In this document: positions 10,801 to 19,159 of the stretch, piece by piece
How positions within the stretch are numbered: position 1 is the first letter of the stretch
How the letters are laid out: each line of letters begins with the position of its first letter
Virus record (IMG/VR): IMGVR_UViG_3300001598_000046
Coordinates: 1-64,000 of that record
DNA: 64,000 nucleotides
Direction: 5' to 3' (one strand)
Source: a virus
Taxonomy: Duplodnaviria > Heunggongvirae > Uroviricota > Caudoviricetes
The notes under the pieces: model-generated
Told to the model about the DNA's origin: nothing
The model's input: the letters and a program-made list of their open reading frames with translations, nothing else
Database searches by the model: none
Position numbers and translations under genes: made by a program

Positions 10801-11219
10801 TGTACTTTAAGTTCTTTTGCAATAACCTCATCCTTAATATCCATATCAATCACCTGAAAACCATTCCAAAGTTCAAATGCTTTCTTACCGATTGGTCTCT
10901 CACCATTTGAGGTGCTATAGATGACTTTTCGGTTAATTTTGGTACAATCCTTATTCGTTGGTGAAATAATGGTCTTAACCAACTCCTCCAACGTACAAGA
11001 TATACCTTGTGATTGTTTAATATTCGTGCAAATAGTGGCTTGGCACTCCCTCAAACGTTTACTAAATTGTTCTCTCTCCTCCTCACTACATTCCATATAA
11101 TCGGGGCTTGAGAAGATCTCCTGAGCCCAATGCTGTTTCCACGATAGGCTCGTTGGAGAGTTCATTACACGATATGCTTGTAATGATTGTTCGAGAGTTA
11201 TATCTTTTGGTCCATTCAT
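7890..11219 (-). CDS. bifunctional replicative primase-polymerase (AEP) / helicase
   Basis: N-terminal AEP motif SSSGKGLHIYTKI (SGxGxHxY); central Walker A EAGAGVGKTE and Walker B/DExH IIIDESHLM; 1109 aa. Confidence 0.6.
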   Translation of the reverse strand: MNGPKDITLEQSLQAYRVMNSPTSLSWKQHWAQEIFSSPDYMECSEEEREQFSKRLRECQATICTNIKQSQGISCTLEELVKTIISPTNKDCTKINRKVIYSTSNGERPIGKKAFELWNGFQVIDMDIKDEVIAKELKVHIFNCLHKCNWFLGATLSSSGKGLHIYTKITVAEADQKDGHRKKLLYLTNFRHKYSFVYISCLSAMERLGFGKDDLLKWMDLAMFKPQQGAFIGYDAHPMISTRFFEDFIYINFDNVEDLGHPDIDWVTYPDLKEIFKRWEWFEEDNGDDLKIDVKEAAELTTDTHNKVHYKHHERWRLANTLVQLYGLEQGYKYLRMVCSNNISDKELQADCVTAARHEKPVDVWAVNRLNTQHGFKIKLNIQDTSLDEGSLFNSVDKIDNPTLIHESKFNKTFYITKDEYLGNIKWQLLDNIGRVTLIEAGAGVGKTEMIKSLVKDGKKVIMVMPFTSTIKSKVEGEKDWYYSYGSRKPRLDMTNGVSMTIDKFSYMNLMDIKANGFDYIIIDESHLMFQSEYRPVMSKIVEMIRNTEVPIILMSGTPSGETVFFPDIVHLKVIKEDIRKKEFLVNMVETPNDLFYHMCRAMAKDIYEGRRVLFPTNKGTLFSDQVKAAVQYFMEHEYCEFNEINLKYYKKSNLGEEFMDDVNFEKTIKDTQILMCSNYLSVGVDILDKFRFNIYFDDLMMPQEVEQFANRLRSNDLFIRLYISKNDADGNSRSIHKFRQMNFKLNDEEIKDVQSILRLCNSMIERNPIEYKYNSLVASIIHDNKFIEYNEVENKYYLNEIAYKVIYFERKYREYVQQLPVLMKGMMAYGYEVTSKDLGGFKLEDGEIFSDLKNMVKLAYDDRMAANTSHVEELMDLITEDRLSIYHDVLQGLYEIRKGDDWKEDANKKVMIVKNIEVFEKVVPIFVSMSKQYMVEDIKDIFDFCRNKNRSFNFAAIKRIKLLINLVYNEKNHRLDIPIQDYMNHIYDFCQYDKVKKVDVMNFISNYAMSYARKESDDRVKINMAQYTMETIRKKFEEIFKCLVKMSRPNKEGIVKLEKVELLWKEKDELEKLGANEHTFELAGFLDNNEVDMEVIHCEAIPETDNND

Positions 11220-11323
11220 ATATAGTGTATATTCTATATCAGATTAATATATGCGCTTGCAACGTTATATTTATGTGGCTGGTATTTATTATATAGGTAT
11301 AGAAAAATATTTAAGAAAAAGAT

Positions 11324-11908
11324 ATGGCTAATTTGAAAGCGTATATGCCTGTTGAAGAAGTAATTGCAAAGGGCTACATCACTGATGTTGAGATATGTGC
11401 GAAACTTAAAGCTCGCAAACTCGATTTGGAAGACCCAAGAGTAGCTGCTTGCGTTACACAACCAGAGGCTTACAAGGCAATCTATGTTGCTCCAGTTGAT
11501 GATCCAACAACTCCTAATCGTGATGAGTCCATAAAGGATAGCACAACACAAGATTACGAAAATGCATTGGATAACAAGGCGGAGAAAGATGCAGCATACA
11601 CCACAGATCAAGATTCTGAAAACGATATCAAATTCGATATCATACTCAACAATGAGCGTTCCACAACTGGTGAACGTAAGAATTACAGCTGGAAGGGTTC
11701 AACAACTGACTTGACTGTTGCTGATATTTTCAAGAAATTGCGTACAAAGAAGGTAGATAATTCATACCTCTACTGGACATCGATGGATGGTATGAAGAAG
11801 TTGACCGTAAATGAGTTGGCTCTTACCGGAGACGCAATGCTTGAGTTCTTTAAGGCACCTCAGGGTGGTACCATCCGTGAGTTCTTTATCAATGATCCAA
11901 GCATATAA
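11324..11908 (+). CDS. hypothetical acidic protein
   Basis: 194-aa ORF, first gene after divergent intergenic region 11220-11323. Confidence 0.45.
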   Translation: MANLKAYMPVEEVIAKGYITDVEICAKLKARKLDLEDPRVAACVTQPEAYKAIYVAPVDDPTTPNRDESIKDSTTQDYENALDNKAEKDAAYTTDQDSENDIKFDIILNNERSTTGERKNYSWKGSTTDLTVADIFKKLRTKKVDNSYLYWTSMDGMKKLTVNELALTGDAMLEFFKAPQGGTIREFFINDPSI

Positions 11909-11921
11909 TTGACGAACAATT

Positions 11922-12113
11922 ATGAAACCACTATTTTCATTCCTTGAAGAGGCTGGTATTGGTCCAGCAGGAGCAGCCACACCGGGTAATACGATGGGTA
12001 TGGGTAATCCAACCGCAGATGATGGTTCAGGAAAAGGTTCAGAGCCTTTGACTGCAAAATCAGAAACTGAAAAACCACGTAAGAAACGCCGTAAAAAAGG
12101 TGAGGAGGAATAA
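11922..12113 (+). CDS. small protein with Gly-rich N-part and Lys/Arg-rich C-tail
   Basis: 63 aa ending KPRKKRRKKGEEE. Confidence 0.3.
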   Translation: MKPLFSFLEEAGIGPAGAATPGNTMGMGNPTADDGSGKGSEPLTAKSETEKPRKKRRKKGEEE

Positions 12114-12130
12114 TTATGTATATCAAATAA

Positions 12131-12161
12131 AAAAGGAGGTCCTTTCGGATCTCCTTTTTTT
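12131..12161. terminator. bidirectional hairpin terminator
   Basis: GGAGGTCC tttc GGATCTCC flanked by A-run and T-run, between convergent genes. Confidence 0.5.
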
Positions 12162-12177
12162 GTGTTCGTTCGTTTGG

Positions 12178-13425
12178 TTAGAACGGTGCGTCAGCGTCTT
12201 GTGCCTCATTTGCAGGTGCGGCAGGAGCAGCTGGGGATGTAGCTGCAGGTGCGTCATCAACCTTAATGTTCTTCAAGAGGATAAAGTCAATCCATCTCTG
12301 AACCTTCTCAGAAGTCTCAGCGTCCCAAGGCTTGTAAGCAATTTCGTCTTCGATGTTGATAACCTTTGCCTCATTCTTGAGGTAGTCAAGAGCGATACCT
12401 GTCAACGCGCGAACCTTATTGTAGAGCTCAGTACCCTCCTTGATCACCTTACCATCCTTATCCTTGACAGGACCGGCGATCTTAGCAGCAGCCTCTTCAC
12501 GTTTCTTAGCAGCCTTTGCAGTATCTGCATCCTTACGAGCGTTGGCATACTCTTCGAGGATCTCCATCTGTGCCTCGTCAAAGAGTGGAGTACCATCGAT
12601 TTTGCGAATTGGTTCGAACTCGGTTGCGAAATCGCAGGTAGCGTACGAGATGTTACGATCGCGAACCACTGGGTTTGGATCATCACCTGGCTTGACATTG
12701 ATCTCGAGTGGGTAACCAAGCACCCAGCTCATCAGATTGATAGCCTTCTTGCCCTTTTTCTTGTCCTCCTCTGAAGGATACTGCTTAGCCTCGAGCTTCT
12801 CACGGATATCCTTTGGAAGCTTCATCAGCATAATGCGGCCAACCAATTCAGGTTTGTTCTCATCCTCGAGAATCTGAACCAATACCCAAGAAGATGTGGT
12901 ATTATCGAAGTTCTCCTTCGCATAATTGAGGATCAATTTACCGAGTTCAGTGTTCTTGAACTTAGCGTCCCAAGCCTCTTTACCACGGCCCTCAACGGCA
13001 TTGAACTCTGCGAGCATTGCTGCACGCTTGTTTGCATCGTTTGGCCAAGCCTTCATAGCATAGCGATCTGCGAAACCATCGAGTGCGAGGAACGCCTCAC
13101 TTGATGCCTTGAAGAGTGGGCAGATACGGCGGTTGTCCTTTGTGTCGAGCATACCATTGATCTCGAGAGTTCCATCAGGACCACCCTGGAGATACCAAGC
13201 TGTTTTCTTGATGATTGAACCCTTCGATGTTGGGTTGTACGGATTGAAGATCACTCTGACCTTTGCGCGGTAGATACCATCCTCAGACTTTGAGTCACGA
13301 GGGTGAGTTTTGTACACGTTAGGGTTAGTTTTTTGAGAATCGTTGTTCTCGAATGGATTGCCACCCATAATGTCGCCATCCATCATTGCGTCAAGTACGT
13401 CTTGCTGCTGTTCTTTGTTTGCCAT
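12178..13425 (-). CDS. candidate single-stranded DNA-binding protein (SSB-type acidic C-terminal tip)
   Basis: 415 aa; Pro/Ala-rich flexible linker PAATSPAAPAAPANEAQ followed by terminal DADAPF (cf. E. coli SSB DDDIPF, T7 gp2.5 acidic tail ending in F); locally higher GC. Confidence 0.4.
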   Translation of the reverse strand: MANKEQQQDVLDAMMDGDIMGGNPFENNDSQKTNPNVYKTHPRDSKSEDGIYRAKVRVIFNPYNPTSKGSIIKKTAWYLQGGPDGTLEINGMLDTKDNRRICPLFKASSEAFLALDGFADRYAMKAWPNDANKRAAMLAEFNAVEGRGKEAWDAKFKNTELGKLILNYAKENFDNTTSSWVLVQILEDENKPELVGRIMLMKLPKDIREKLEAKQYPSEEDKKKGKKAINLMSWVLGYPLEINVKPGDDPNPVVRDRNISYATCDFATEFEPIRKIDGTPLFDEAQMEILEEYANARKDADTAKAAKKREEAAAKIAGPVKDKDGKVIKEGTELYNKVRALTGIALDYLKNEAKVINIEDEIAYKPWDAETSEKVQRWIDFILLKNIKVDDAPAATSPAAPAAPANEAQDADAPF

Positions 13426-13518
13426 TTTGTCTGTTTAATTTTTGTGAACTTTTGTTTAGTGTTTAAGATTTGGACTCCGCGGTTCGTCCTTTCTTATAAT
13501 ATATAACTTTTGATTCAA

Positions 13519-13956
13519 TTATTTAGAGCCCCCATCAAATTCTATGGATTTGAATAGATTGATGACGGCCTTTTCTATGGATTTGAATAGATTGATGACG
13601 GCCTTATATATTGGTTTAATTGGAATCTGCAATAGGTGTAGTGTAATGAACAATACGTTAAACATTGGCACCCACCTCAAAAGAACCGCTACCTCCCAAA
13701 AAGTACAAGCAGATTTTTCTATAACATCATCTGATGAGAATACCTCGTGTAGCGTATATCTGCGACCACACTTCCTCCAGTATGTTAACCAGCAATAAAA
13801 ACTCACAAGTAAGCCAAATACAGGGCTTGTAGCCAGTACTCCAAGGATAATTAAGATTTGTTCTATTGTCATAGTGATATATTTTTGGTACAATATAATA
13901 TATAAAGTATTGTGAGAGTTTTTAGTTCTTACAATTGCAATGTTTTTGCCTGTCAA
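13519..13956 (-). CDS. membrane protein with C-terminal in-frame 11-aa tandem repeat
   Basis: 145 aa; TM-like SPVFGLLVSFYCWLTYW; C-terminus ...KAVINLFKSIEKAVINLFKSIE... Confidence 0.45.
   Translation of the reverse strand: MTGKNIAIVRTKNSHNTLYIILYQKYITMTIEQILIILGVLATSPVFGLLVSFYCWLTYWRKCGRRYTLHEVFSSDDVIEKSACTFWEVAVLLRWVPMFNVLFITLHLLQIPIKPIYKAVINLFKSIEKAVINLFKSIEFDGGSK
13543..13608. repeat. perfect 2 x 33-bp direct tandem repeat
   Basis: tctatggatttgaatagattgatgacggcctt(t/a) twice; in-frame within CDS 13519..13956. Confidence 0.8.
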
Positions 13957-14380
13957 GTGCTTCCATCTCCGCTCTTACACACTCGGGACGTTTATACCAT
14001 TCTTCCAATGAAATTTTCTCCACACTTTTCTCATCTCGTTCAACCTGTCTTTCATGACCTTTGGCCCAATCATACTCCTCAGTATCAGGATTCCAAATAC
14101 ATTTCCACATATTATCCTTAAATCTCTCATTGCGAGTATCCATATTGGCGAACCAATCATAGTTCTTGGCAAGAAGACGAGCGGCATATACAATCTGCTG
14201 CCAATCATCATAGTCCAACGTATATCCGGGTTGCATATGATCAAGGCACTTAAATGCGTTGTATGCATTCAGGTCGCAGATCCCACAAACACCGTGATAA
14301 CGGAGCTCAATTGATTTATCCTGACAGTTTACGCCACCGGCTGTTCCATTGAAGACTGGAGTATCGTAAAATTTTTCCAT
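13922..14380 (-). CDS. hypothetical Cys-rich protein
   Basis: 152 aa with CGICDLNAYNAFKC and C-terminal HCNCKN. Confidence 0.4.
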   Translation of the reverse strand: MEKFYDTPVFNGTAGGVNCQDKSIELRYHGVCGICDLNAYNAFKCLDHMQPGYTLDYDDWQQIVYAARLLAKNYDWFANMDTRNERFKDNMWKCIWNPDTEEYDWAKGHERQVERDEKSVEKISLEEWYKRPECVRAEMEALDRQKHCNCKN

Positions 14381-14694
14381 TATTCGAAATTATTTTTATC
14401 GTTTGATTTGACTTTGATATTCTTGAGGCTATCAATAATCAACATTGCTATACAACATATTGGTAAGATTGTAATTACACAAATCATTACGATAAAATTA
14501 CCAACAGGTATATATCTGTAATAACTTAGATCTGAAGCCACCGGATGGTCATATTGATCATAGATTACTTTGAACAATAAATCATATAATGAGTACTCAT
14601 CTTGATGCCGCCAATATTCAATCCAACACCATATAATACTGAATATTACCGGGATTACATACCCAATCGATATTATTAATCCAATTGTTTTCAT
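14380..14694 (-). CDS. membrane protein
   Basis: 104 aa, two hydrophobic helices (N-terminal and ICVITILPICCIAMLII). Confidence 0.4.
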   Translation of the reverse strand: MKTIGLIISIGYVIPVIFSIIWCWIEYWRHQDEYSLYDLLFKVIYDQYDHPVASDLSYYRYIPVGNFIVMICVITILPICCIAMLIIDSLKNIKVKSNDKNNFE

Positions 14695-15839
14695 ATCGCT
14701 CCTTCGAATATTTCTTCTATATCATTATCTTGTTCGAGGAGTGTCTTGTAGGACCCTCTTATATAATCCATATTAACCACACGATACTCTTGAGTATTCA
14801 TAATGGTTGTTATGGTCTCAGGGATTACTGCTTCATTCAACCATACCAACTTGACGTTATATTCAATCATTTCCTTGATCTTTGTAATAGTCAAATCAGC
14901 ATCTGCAAACTTTTTCATATTTATTATATAGTTTGCAATCTCATCTTGATGGTTGATGATATCATTTATTGTCTTGATATTAAGATTTGTAGTAAGCTTC
15001 TCAAAATCTTTTGGACCGATACCAAATTTGCGACCATTTTTGAATTTACGAGCGATTGATTGAATATTATCACCCTTATCACCACAAATCACCTTATCAT
15101 TAATGACTTCATTTGGATCGGTGTACATTACTGAGCCGGCAATCTCCTCAAGTTGTACCTGAGTTGCCGGTTTATATGTTGGTGGTGTCATCAAGAAATC
15201 GAGATCTTCAGGATCAGGAACAATCTCTTCAAGACTCTTTGGTAGTGCCAAAGTATATATATTATTGCGTTCGGAGAGCCAAGCCGTAAACGCACCATCC
15301 ACACATTGTACCAATTGACGAAGGTCATTATCGATAGACCATACTACACAATTAACTCCTTGTGCATTAAGTACTCTCGACCAATACCATATCCAGTCAT
15401 CACCTTCAATATTATATTGGGTACAAGTGGTGACGCCAGCCTCATTACAAGACTTTGCCAATTCCTTCAATGCACCAAATGCATAATCCCAATCAACATC
15501 CAACGCATCATTATTACGATTTCCTTTATATGTAATATCTCCAAGTTGCTTTGGGATGGCCAATTGTTTACGCCACGATCCACCATCAGTAACAAGGACA
15601 ATATTATCGATGAATGGCATTTTATTGATAATCTTATTGATTGATGTTGCCATCATATCCTTGAGAGTTTCTTTCGCTGCATTGAGTCTTGCTTGAGACG
15701 AACCTTTTGCAAATCGCATTGAGATATCTTTACCTGAAAAAATTCTACTCATTAATAGCCAGTTACCATCAATGAGAAGTGTACAATTATTTGGTTTCAT
15801 ATTATGATTTTTGTTATGGATTAATATACGCTTTTTCAT
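14691..15839 (-). CDS. 5'-3' exonuclease / flap endonuclease (T4 RNase H-like)
   Basis: N-terminal LLIDGNWLLMSR (cf. Pol I 5'-exo LLLVDGSSLAFR), H3TH motif GDKGDNIQSI (cf. GDxSDNIPGV). Confidence 0.75.
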   Translation of the reverse strand: MKKRILIHNKNHNMKPNNCTLLIDGNWLLMSRIFSGKDISMRFAKGSSQARLNAAKETLKDMMATSINKIINKMPFIDNIVLVTDGGSWRKQLAIPKQLGDITYKGNRNNDALDVDWDYAFGALKELAKSCNEAGVTTCTQYNIEGDDWIWYWSRVLNAQGVNCVVWSIDNDLRQLVQCVDGAFTAWLSERNNIYTLALPKSLEEIVPDPEDLDFLMTPPTYKPATQVQLEEIAGSVMYTDPNEVINDKVICGDKGDNIQSIARKFKNGRKFGIGPKDFEKLTTNLNIKTINDIINHQDEIANYIINMKKFADADLTITKIKEMIEYNVKLVWLNEAVIPETITTIMNTQEYRVVNMDYIRGSYKTLLEQDNDIEEIFEGAI

Positions 15840-15899
15840 ACAAATCTTTATCAGTAGAAATCAAAAACTTATTATAGAGATATACAAATTCAATATAAT

Positions 15900-17531
15900 A
15901 TGAACTATCGCAATATCAAGAATGTTGGTATGTTATATGAATCAGGTCTAATTCAGCAACCAACACTTAATGAAAAAAAGGCTGAGCCACACCCATCAAA
16001 AGAAAATGAGGAGGCGAAAGTAAAACCACAAGCTGAACATTTTGATGTTGTATATGCTGATGATATCAAAACATATACAAATATCTTCAAGCATATCATT
16101 GTATTCACCAATGATCGTGATGAGAAGAATAATAAAACTCTCAAGAATATCTACGAGGCAGTTGATAATCTTAAGAAAGATAAATGTGAAATTATTCCCG
16201 AAGTTCACGTATTCGTTGCTGCTGAGATGGATGCCGATGAGCGCGAGGAAGAGATCAAAATCACTGATGGTGATGAAACCTTTACCATAAAGGATGAGTC
16301 AAACCTCGATACTCTTATCTTTGCCCGTCTTGGTGTACAGGGAGAGGATCAATGTGAGCATATCGTTCAATTATTGCAAGATCGTGGATTCCTCGTATTG
16401 AATCCAGTTAAGTATTCTGCATTAGCCTGCGATAAGTATGAGTCAGCTGTATTGTTCCAAAAGGGTGAGATTCCTCAACCAAACTTTACTCTTATGACAA
16501 AGGATATCCTTTATGATAAGAAGATATATGATAAGGCGATGAAAGAGGTTTATCCTGAATGGAATCCCGATGATCCTGATAAGAATGAGGAGCTTTCATT
16601 CGTTGTTAAGATTCTTGATGGTCACGGTGGAACAGGTGTTATGATGATTGATGGTAAGAAAATCCTTGCTGCATTCCAACTTATATTTGCAATAGACCCT
16701 GAACGCCGTTTGATTATCCAAAAGAAGGAGGAGGCTGATGGTGGTGATATTCGTGTTCACGTTCTTACACTTCGTGATAAGCAAGTTATTCTTGCTTGTA
16801 TGAAACGTGTTAAGCTTGGTGGTGATTTCCGTTCGAATGTATCTCTTGGTGCACAAGCAGAACCAGTTAAACTCACTCCTGAACAGGAACAGATTGCATT
16901 GAAGACCGCGCAACTCTCACATCTCCCTTGGTGTGCTGTTGATATTATGCCATTGGTTAAGGGATCAAATAAGGAGATTGGTGATAATGTTGTTCTTGAG
17001 ATCAATGCCAGCCCTGGAACAGATGGTATTTCTGATGTAATGAAGGAGAATTTCATTAATATATTACTCAACGAACTTGATGATCCATCACAATTTATGT
17101 TGCAGGATAAAACTGCAGGATTCATAGAATCGGTATCAATCAATTTTGGAAATACCACAAAAGATTTCCTTGCAAAACTTGATACCGGTAACTCCACAAC
17201 AGCATGCTGTCTTGAGGTTGGAGAGTTCTCTGAGAAGAATGGTCAAATCCATTTCAAGATGGATGGAAAAGAGGTATCATTTAAGAAGACAGGTAAATCT
17301 ATTGCGACTGCTGGAGAGCAGAGTTATGAGCGTCCTGTTATTACTGTTCCTGAAATTACTGTTGGTCTTCGTAAAGTTAAGAACGTCCAAATCAGTATCG
17401 TTAAGAGTCGCGAAAATAAAACAACAAACTGCTTGATTAACAGAGATGTATTGAGTAAGCTTGGATATGTTATCCACCCAAATAAGGCTCATATCCTTAC
17501 AAAAGAAATGGAGAAAGTAAAGATTATCTAA
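15900..17531 (+). CDS. RimK-family ATP-grasp alpha-L-glutamate ligase fused to RimB-like retropepsin (DUF785) domain
   Basis: KILDGHGGTGV, DGGDIRVHV, GDFRSNVSLG, TPEQEQIALKTA, VLEINASPGTDGI all parallel E. coli RimK (GDFRSN, TPQEREIAIKAA, VMEVNASPGLEGI); C-terminal AKLDTGNSTTA..ERPVI..LINRDVL matches RimK-associated retropepsin-like family. Confidence 0.85.
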   Translation: MNYRNIKNVGMLYESGLIQQPTLNEKKAEPHPSKENEEAKVKPQAEHFDVVYADDIKTYTNIFKHIIVFTNDRDEKNNKTLKNIYEAVDNLKKDKCEIIPEVHVFVAAEMDADEREEEIKITDGDETFTIKDESNLDTLIFARLGVQGEDQCEHIVQLLQDRGFLVLNPVKYSALACDKYESAVLFQKGEIPQPNFTLMTKDILYDKKIYDKAMKEVYPEWNPDDPDKNEELSFVVKILDGHGGTGVMMIDGKKILAAFQLIFAIDPERRLIIQKKEEADGGDIRVHVLTLRDKQVILACMKRVKLGGDFRSNVSLGAQAEPVKLTPEQEQIALKTAQLSHLPWCAVDIMPLVKGSNKEIGDNVVLEINASPGTDGISDVMKENFINILLNELDDPSQFMLQDKTAGFIESVSINFGNTTKDFLAKLDTGNSTTACCLEVGEFSEKNGQIHFKMDGKEVSFKKTGKSIATAGEQSYERPVITVPEITVGLRKVKNVQISIVKSRENKTTNCLINRDVLSKLGYVIHPNKAHILTKEMEKVKII

Positions 17532-17537
17532 AATAAT

Positions 17538-18068
17538 ATGAAAGTATTTCTTGGAGGCACCTGTAATGAAAGCACTTGGCGTAATGAATTGATACCAATG
17601 CTTGACAAATTTGGAATCGAATACTTCAATCCAGTCGTTGACGATTGGACACCTGAATGTCAGGAGGAGGAAAGAGTTCAAAAGAATTTATTATGTGATG
17701 TTCATCTTTATGTGATTACTCCACGATTAACTGGATTCTTTTCCATCGCGGAGATTATCGAGAGTTCATTCAACCAACACAAAACCACGTTGGTATATAT
17801 AATGGATGAGGATAACGTCACGTATGCAGAACAAGGTATTCGTAAACCCGGCATCGCTGAAACGAAAGTTTGGACCATTCCACAAAAGAAGTCGTTGGTA
17901 GCTGTAAGTGAGATGGCCGAACACCACGGAGCAATTATATGTTATAGCCTTGAACATATAGTGAAGGAGTTGGAGGAGGTTAAGAAGTTCCAAAATAATA
18001 TGAAGCAAATTCTTCATAAGCGTGACTTCTCAACACCACAACATAATCTACAAAAAGAAGTAAAATAG
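17538..18068 (+). CDS. nucleoside 2-deoxyribosyltransferase-like (DNPH1/RCL-like) protein
   Basis: MKVFLGGTCNES..., later CDVHLYVITPRLTGFFSIAEII fits the flavodoxin-like NDT/DNPH1 pattern; moderate. Confidence 0.4.
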   Translation: MKVFLGGTCNESTWRNELIPMLDKFGIEYFNPVVDDWTPECQEEERVQKNLLCDVHLYVITPRLTGFFSIAEIIESSFNQHKTTLVYIMDEDNVTYAEQGIRKPGIAETKVWTIPQKKSLVAVSEMAEHHGAIICYSLEHIVKELEEVKKFQNNMKQILHKRDFSTPQHNLQKEVK

Positions 18069-18069
18069 T

Positions 18070-18330
18070 ATGACCTTTCGTGAATTTATGAGATTGGCCC
18101 ATTCAGAAAATGGAGCACCAAGCTCGAAACGTATTTATGGTGGGATCGCGGTGGTTGCTGTTCAACTATGTCTGATGGCTGCAGTAGTATTGGCATTCGT
18201 TAACCACGCAGAACTATCAACGGTATTGAAGGAGTTGTTGGAGGTTGATTTGATTACCGGAGCATCATTACTTGGATTGAATAGTGTTACTAAGATATTC
18301 GAGAAAAAAGAAAAAGGAACTCAAGAGTGA
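18070..18330 (+). CDS. small membrane protein
   Basis: 86 aa, hydrophobic IYGGIAVVAVQLCLMAAVVLAFV. Confidence 0.4.
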   Translation: MTFREFMRLAHSENGAPSSKRIYGGIAVVAVQLCLMAAVVLAFVNHAELSTVLKELLEVDLITGASLLGLNSVTKIFEKKEKGTQE

Positions 18331-18342
18331 GTTCCTTTTTTT
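18316..18342 (+). terminator. rho-independent terminator
   Basis: GGAACTCA agag TGAGTTCC then TTTTTTT; stem overlaps stop codon of 18070..18330. Confidence 0.6.
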
Positions 18343-18555
18343 ATAACCAAATTGTCCAACCACATTTATTACATCGATGCAAAACCTCTCCACCCTAATC
18401 CATTACACCTTCATCAATGAGGCAACCACCACAAATCTTTTTATGGATGAATACGGCCAACATCTTGATACAAGCCACCACAACATATAATCCAAACCAA
18501 ATTGCAAATATGAGTGGTACTATCCAAATTCATGTTATCATATTTCGTTGCATTA

Positions 18556-18945
18556 TTATATTATTCTTTCAATATCATATGAAGTAGTTATGGTTCGTGA
18601 TGAATGATATCTACGTCCTACCTGTGCTTGTCTATAAGTCGTACCATCAACCTCAAATTCACGATTATATCTATGACGAACACCATTCTCATTGTATGAA
18701 ACTTCGCCATATATAACATACCGGGTTTCTGATGCTCGGCCACCAACAGGATGCCAATTGCTGGAGATGTCCGAGTATTTATCAATCACTAAAAACTCGT
18801 ATTGAGCCTCAGCAGCACGCTTCGCTTCATGTTCTTTGTGGATATTCCCGAGATAATTCATACCCATTATGAGTCCAGCGGAGATCGCTAGCACCACAAC
18901 GATGCTTATTACCATCGAGATGCATTTTATAAAAAAAGTCCTCAT
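18556..18945 (-). CDS. membrane-anchored protein
   Basis: 129 aa, N-terminal TM ISMVISIVVVLAISAGLIMG. Confidence 0.45.
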   Translation of the reverse strand: MRTFFIKCISMVISIVVVLAISAGLIMGMNYLGNIHKEHEAKRAAEAQYEFLVIDKYSDISSNWHPVGGRASETRYVIYGEVSYNENGVRHRYNREFEVDGTTYRQAQVGRRYHSSRTITTSYDIERII

Positions 18946-18951
18946 ATATAG

Positions 18952-19061
18952 TTGTAGAAGGGGTTGGTTTGGTATCTTCTACAAATATATATAACAAAAG
19001 TTTGAAAAAACTTTAGTGTTTTCAATAACAAACCCTCGAAAAACATTTAGTCTTTCAAGGG
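18952..19061 (-). promoter_or_regulatory. leader cassette upstream of 18556..18945: two CTTTAGT-loop hairpins, ATATATATAACAAAA box, hairpin with GGGTTGGTTTGGTA loop
   Basis: Stem TTGTAGAAG(18952-18960)/TCTTCTACAA(18975-18984), 14-nt loop; box 18985-18999; stems TTGAAAA/TTTTCAA (19002-19025) and CCCTCGAAA/TTTCAAGGG (19033-19061) with loops aactttagtg / aacatttagtc. Confidence 0.45.
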
Positions 19062-19159
19062 TTTATTTTTTGTCATTTGAATTTTCACGCATTGCACCAT
19101 ACATTATGATGCCAAGAGCAATAAATATTGCACCATACTGGATAGCGTCATACCAAAAA

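Noticed and set aside
12100-12774. 224-aa plus-strand ORF and the 91-aa ORFs at 12440-12719 on both strands
   Set aside because: All lie inside the 415-aa SSB-like gene in alternative frames or antisense. The GC-elevated, low-stop composition of that gene generates spurious long ORFs.
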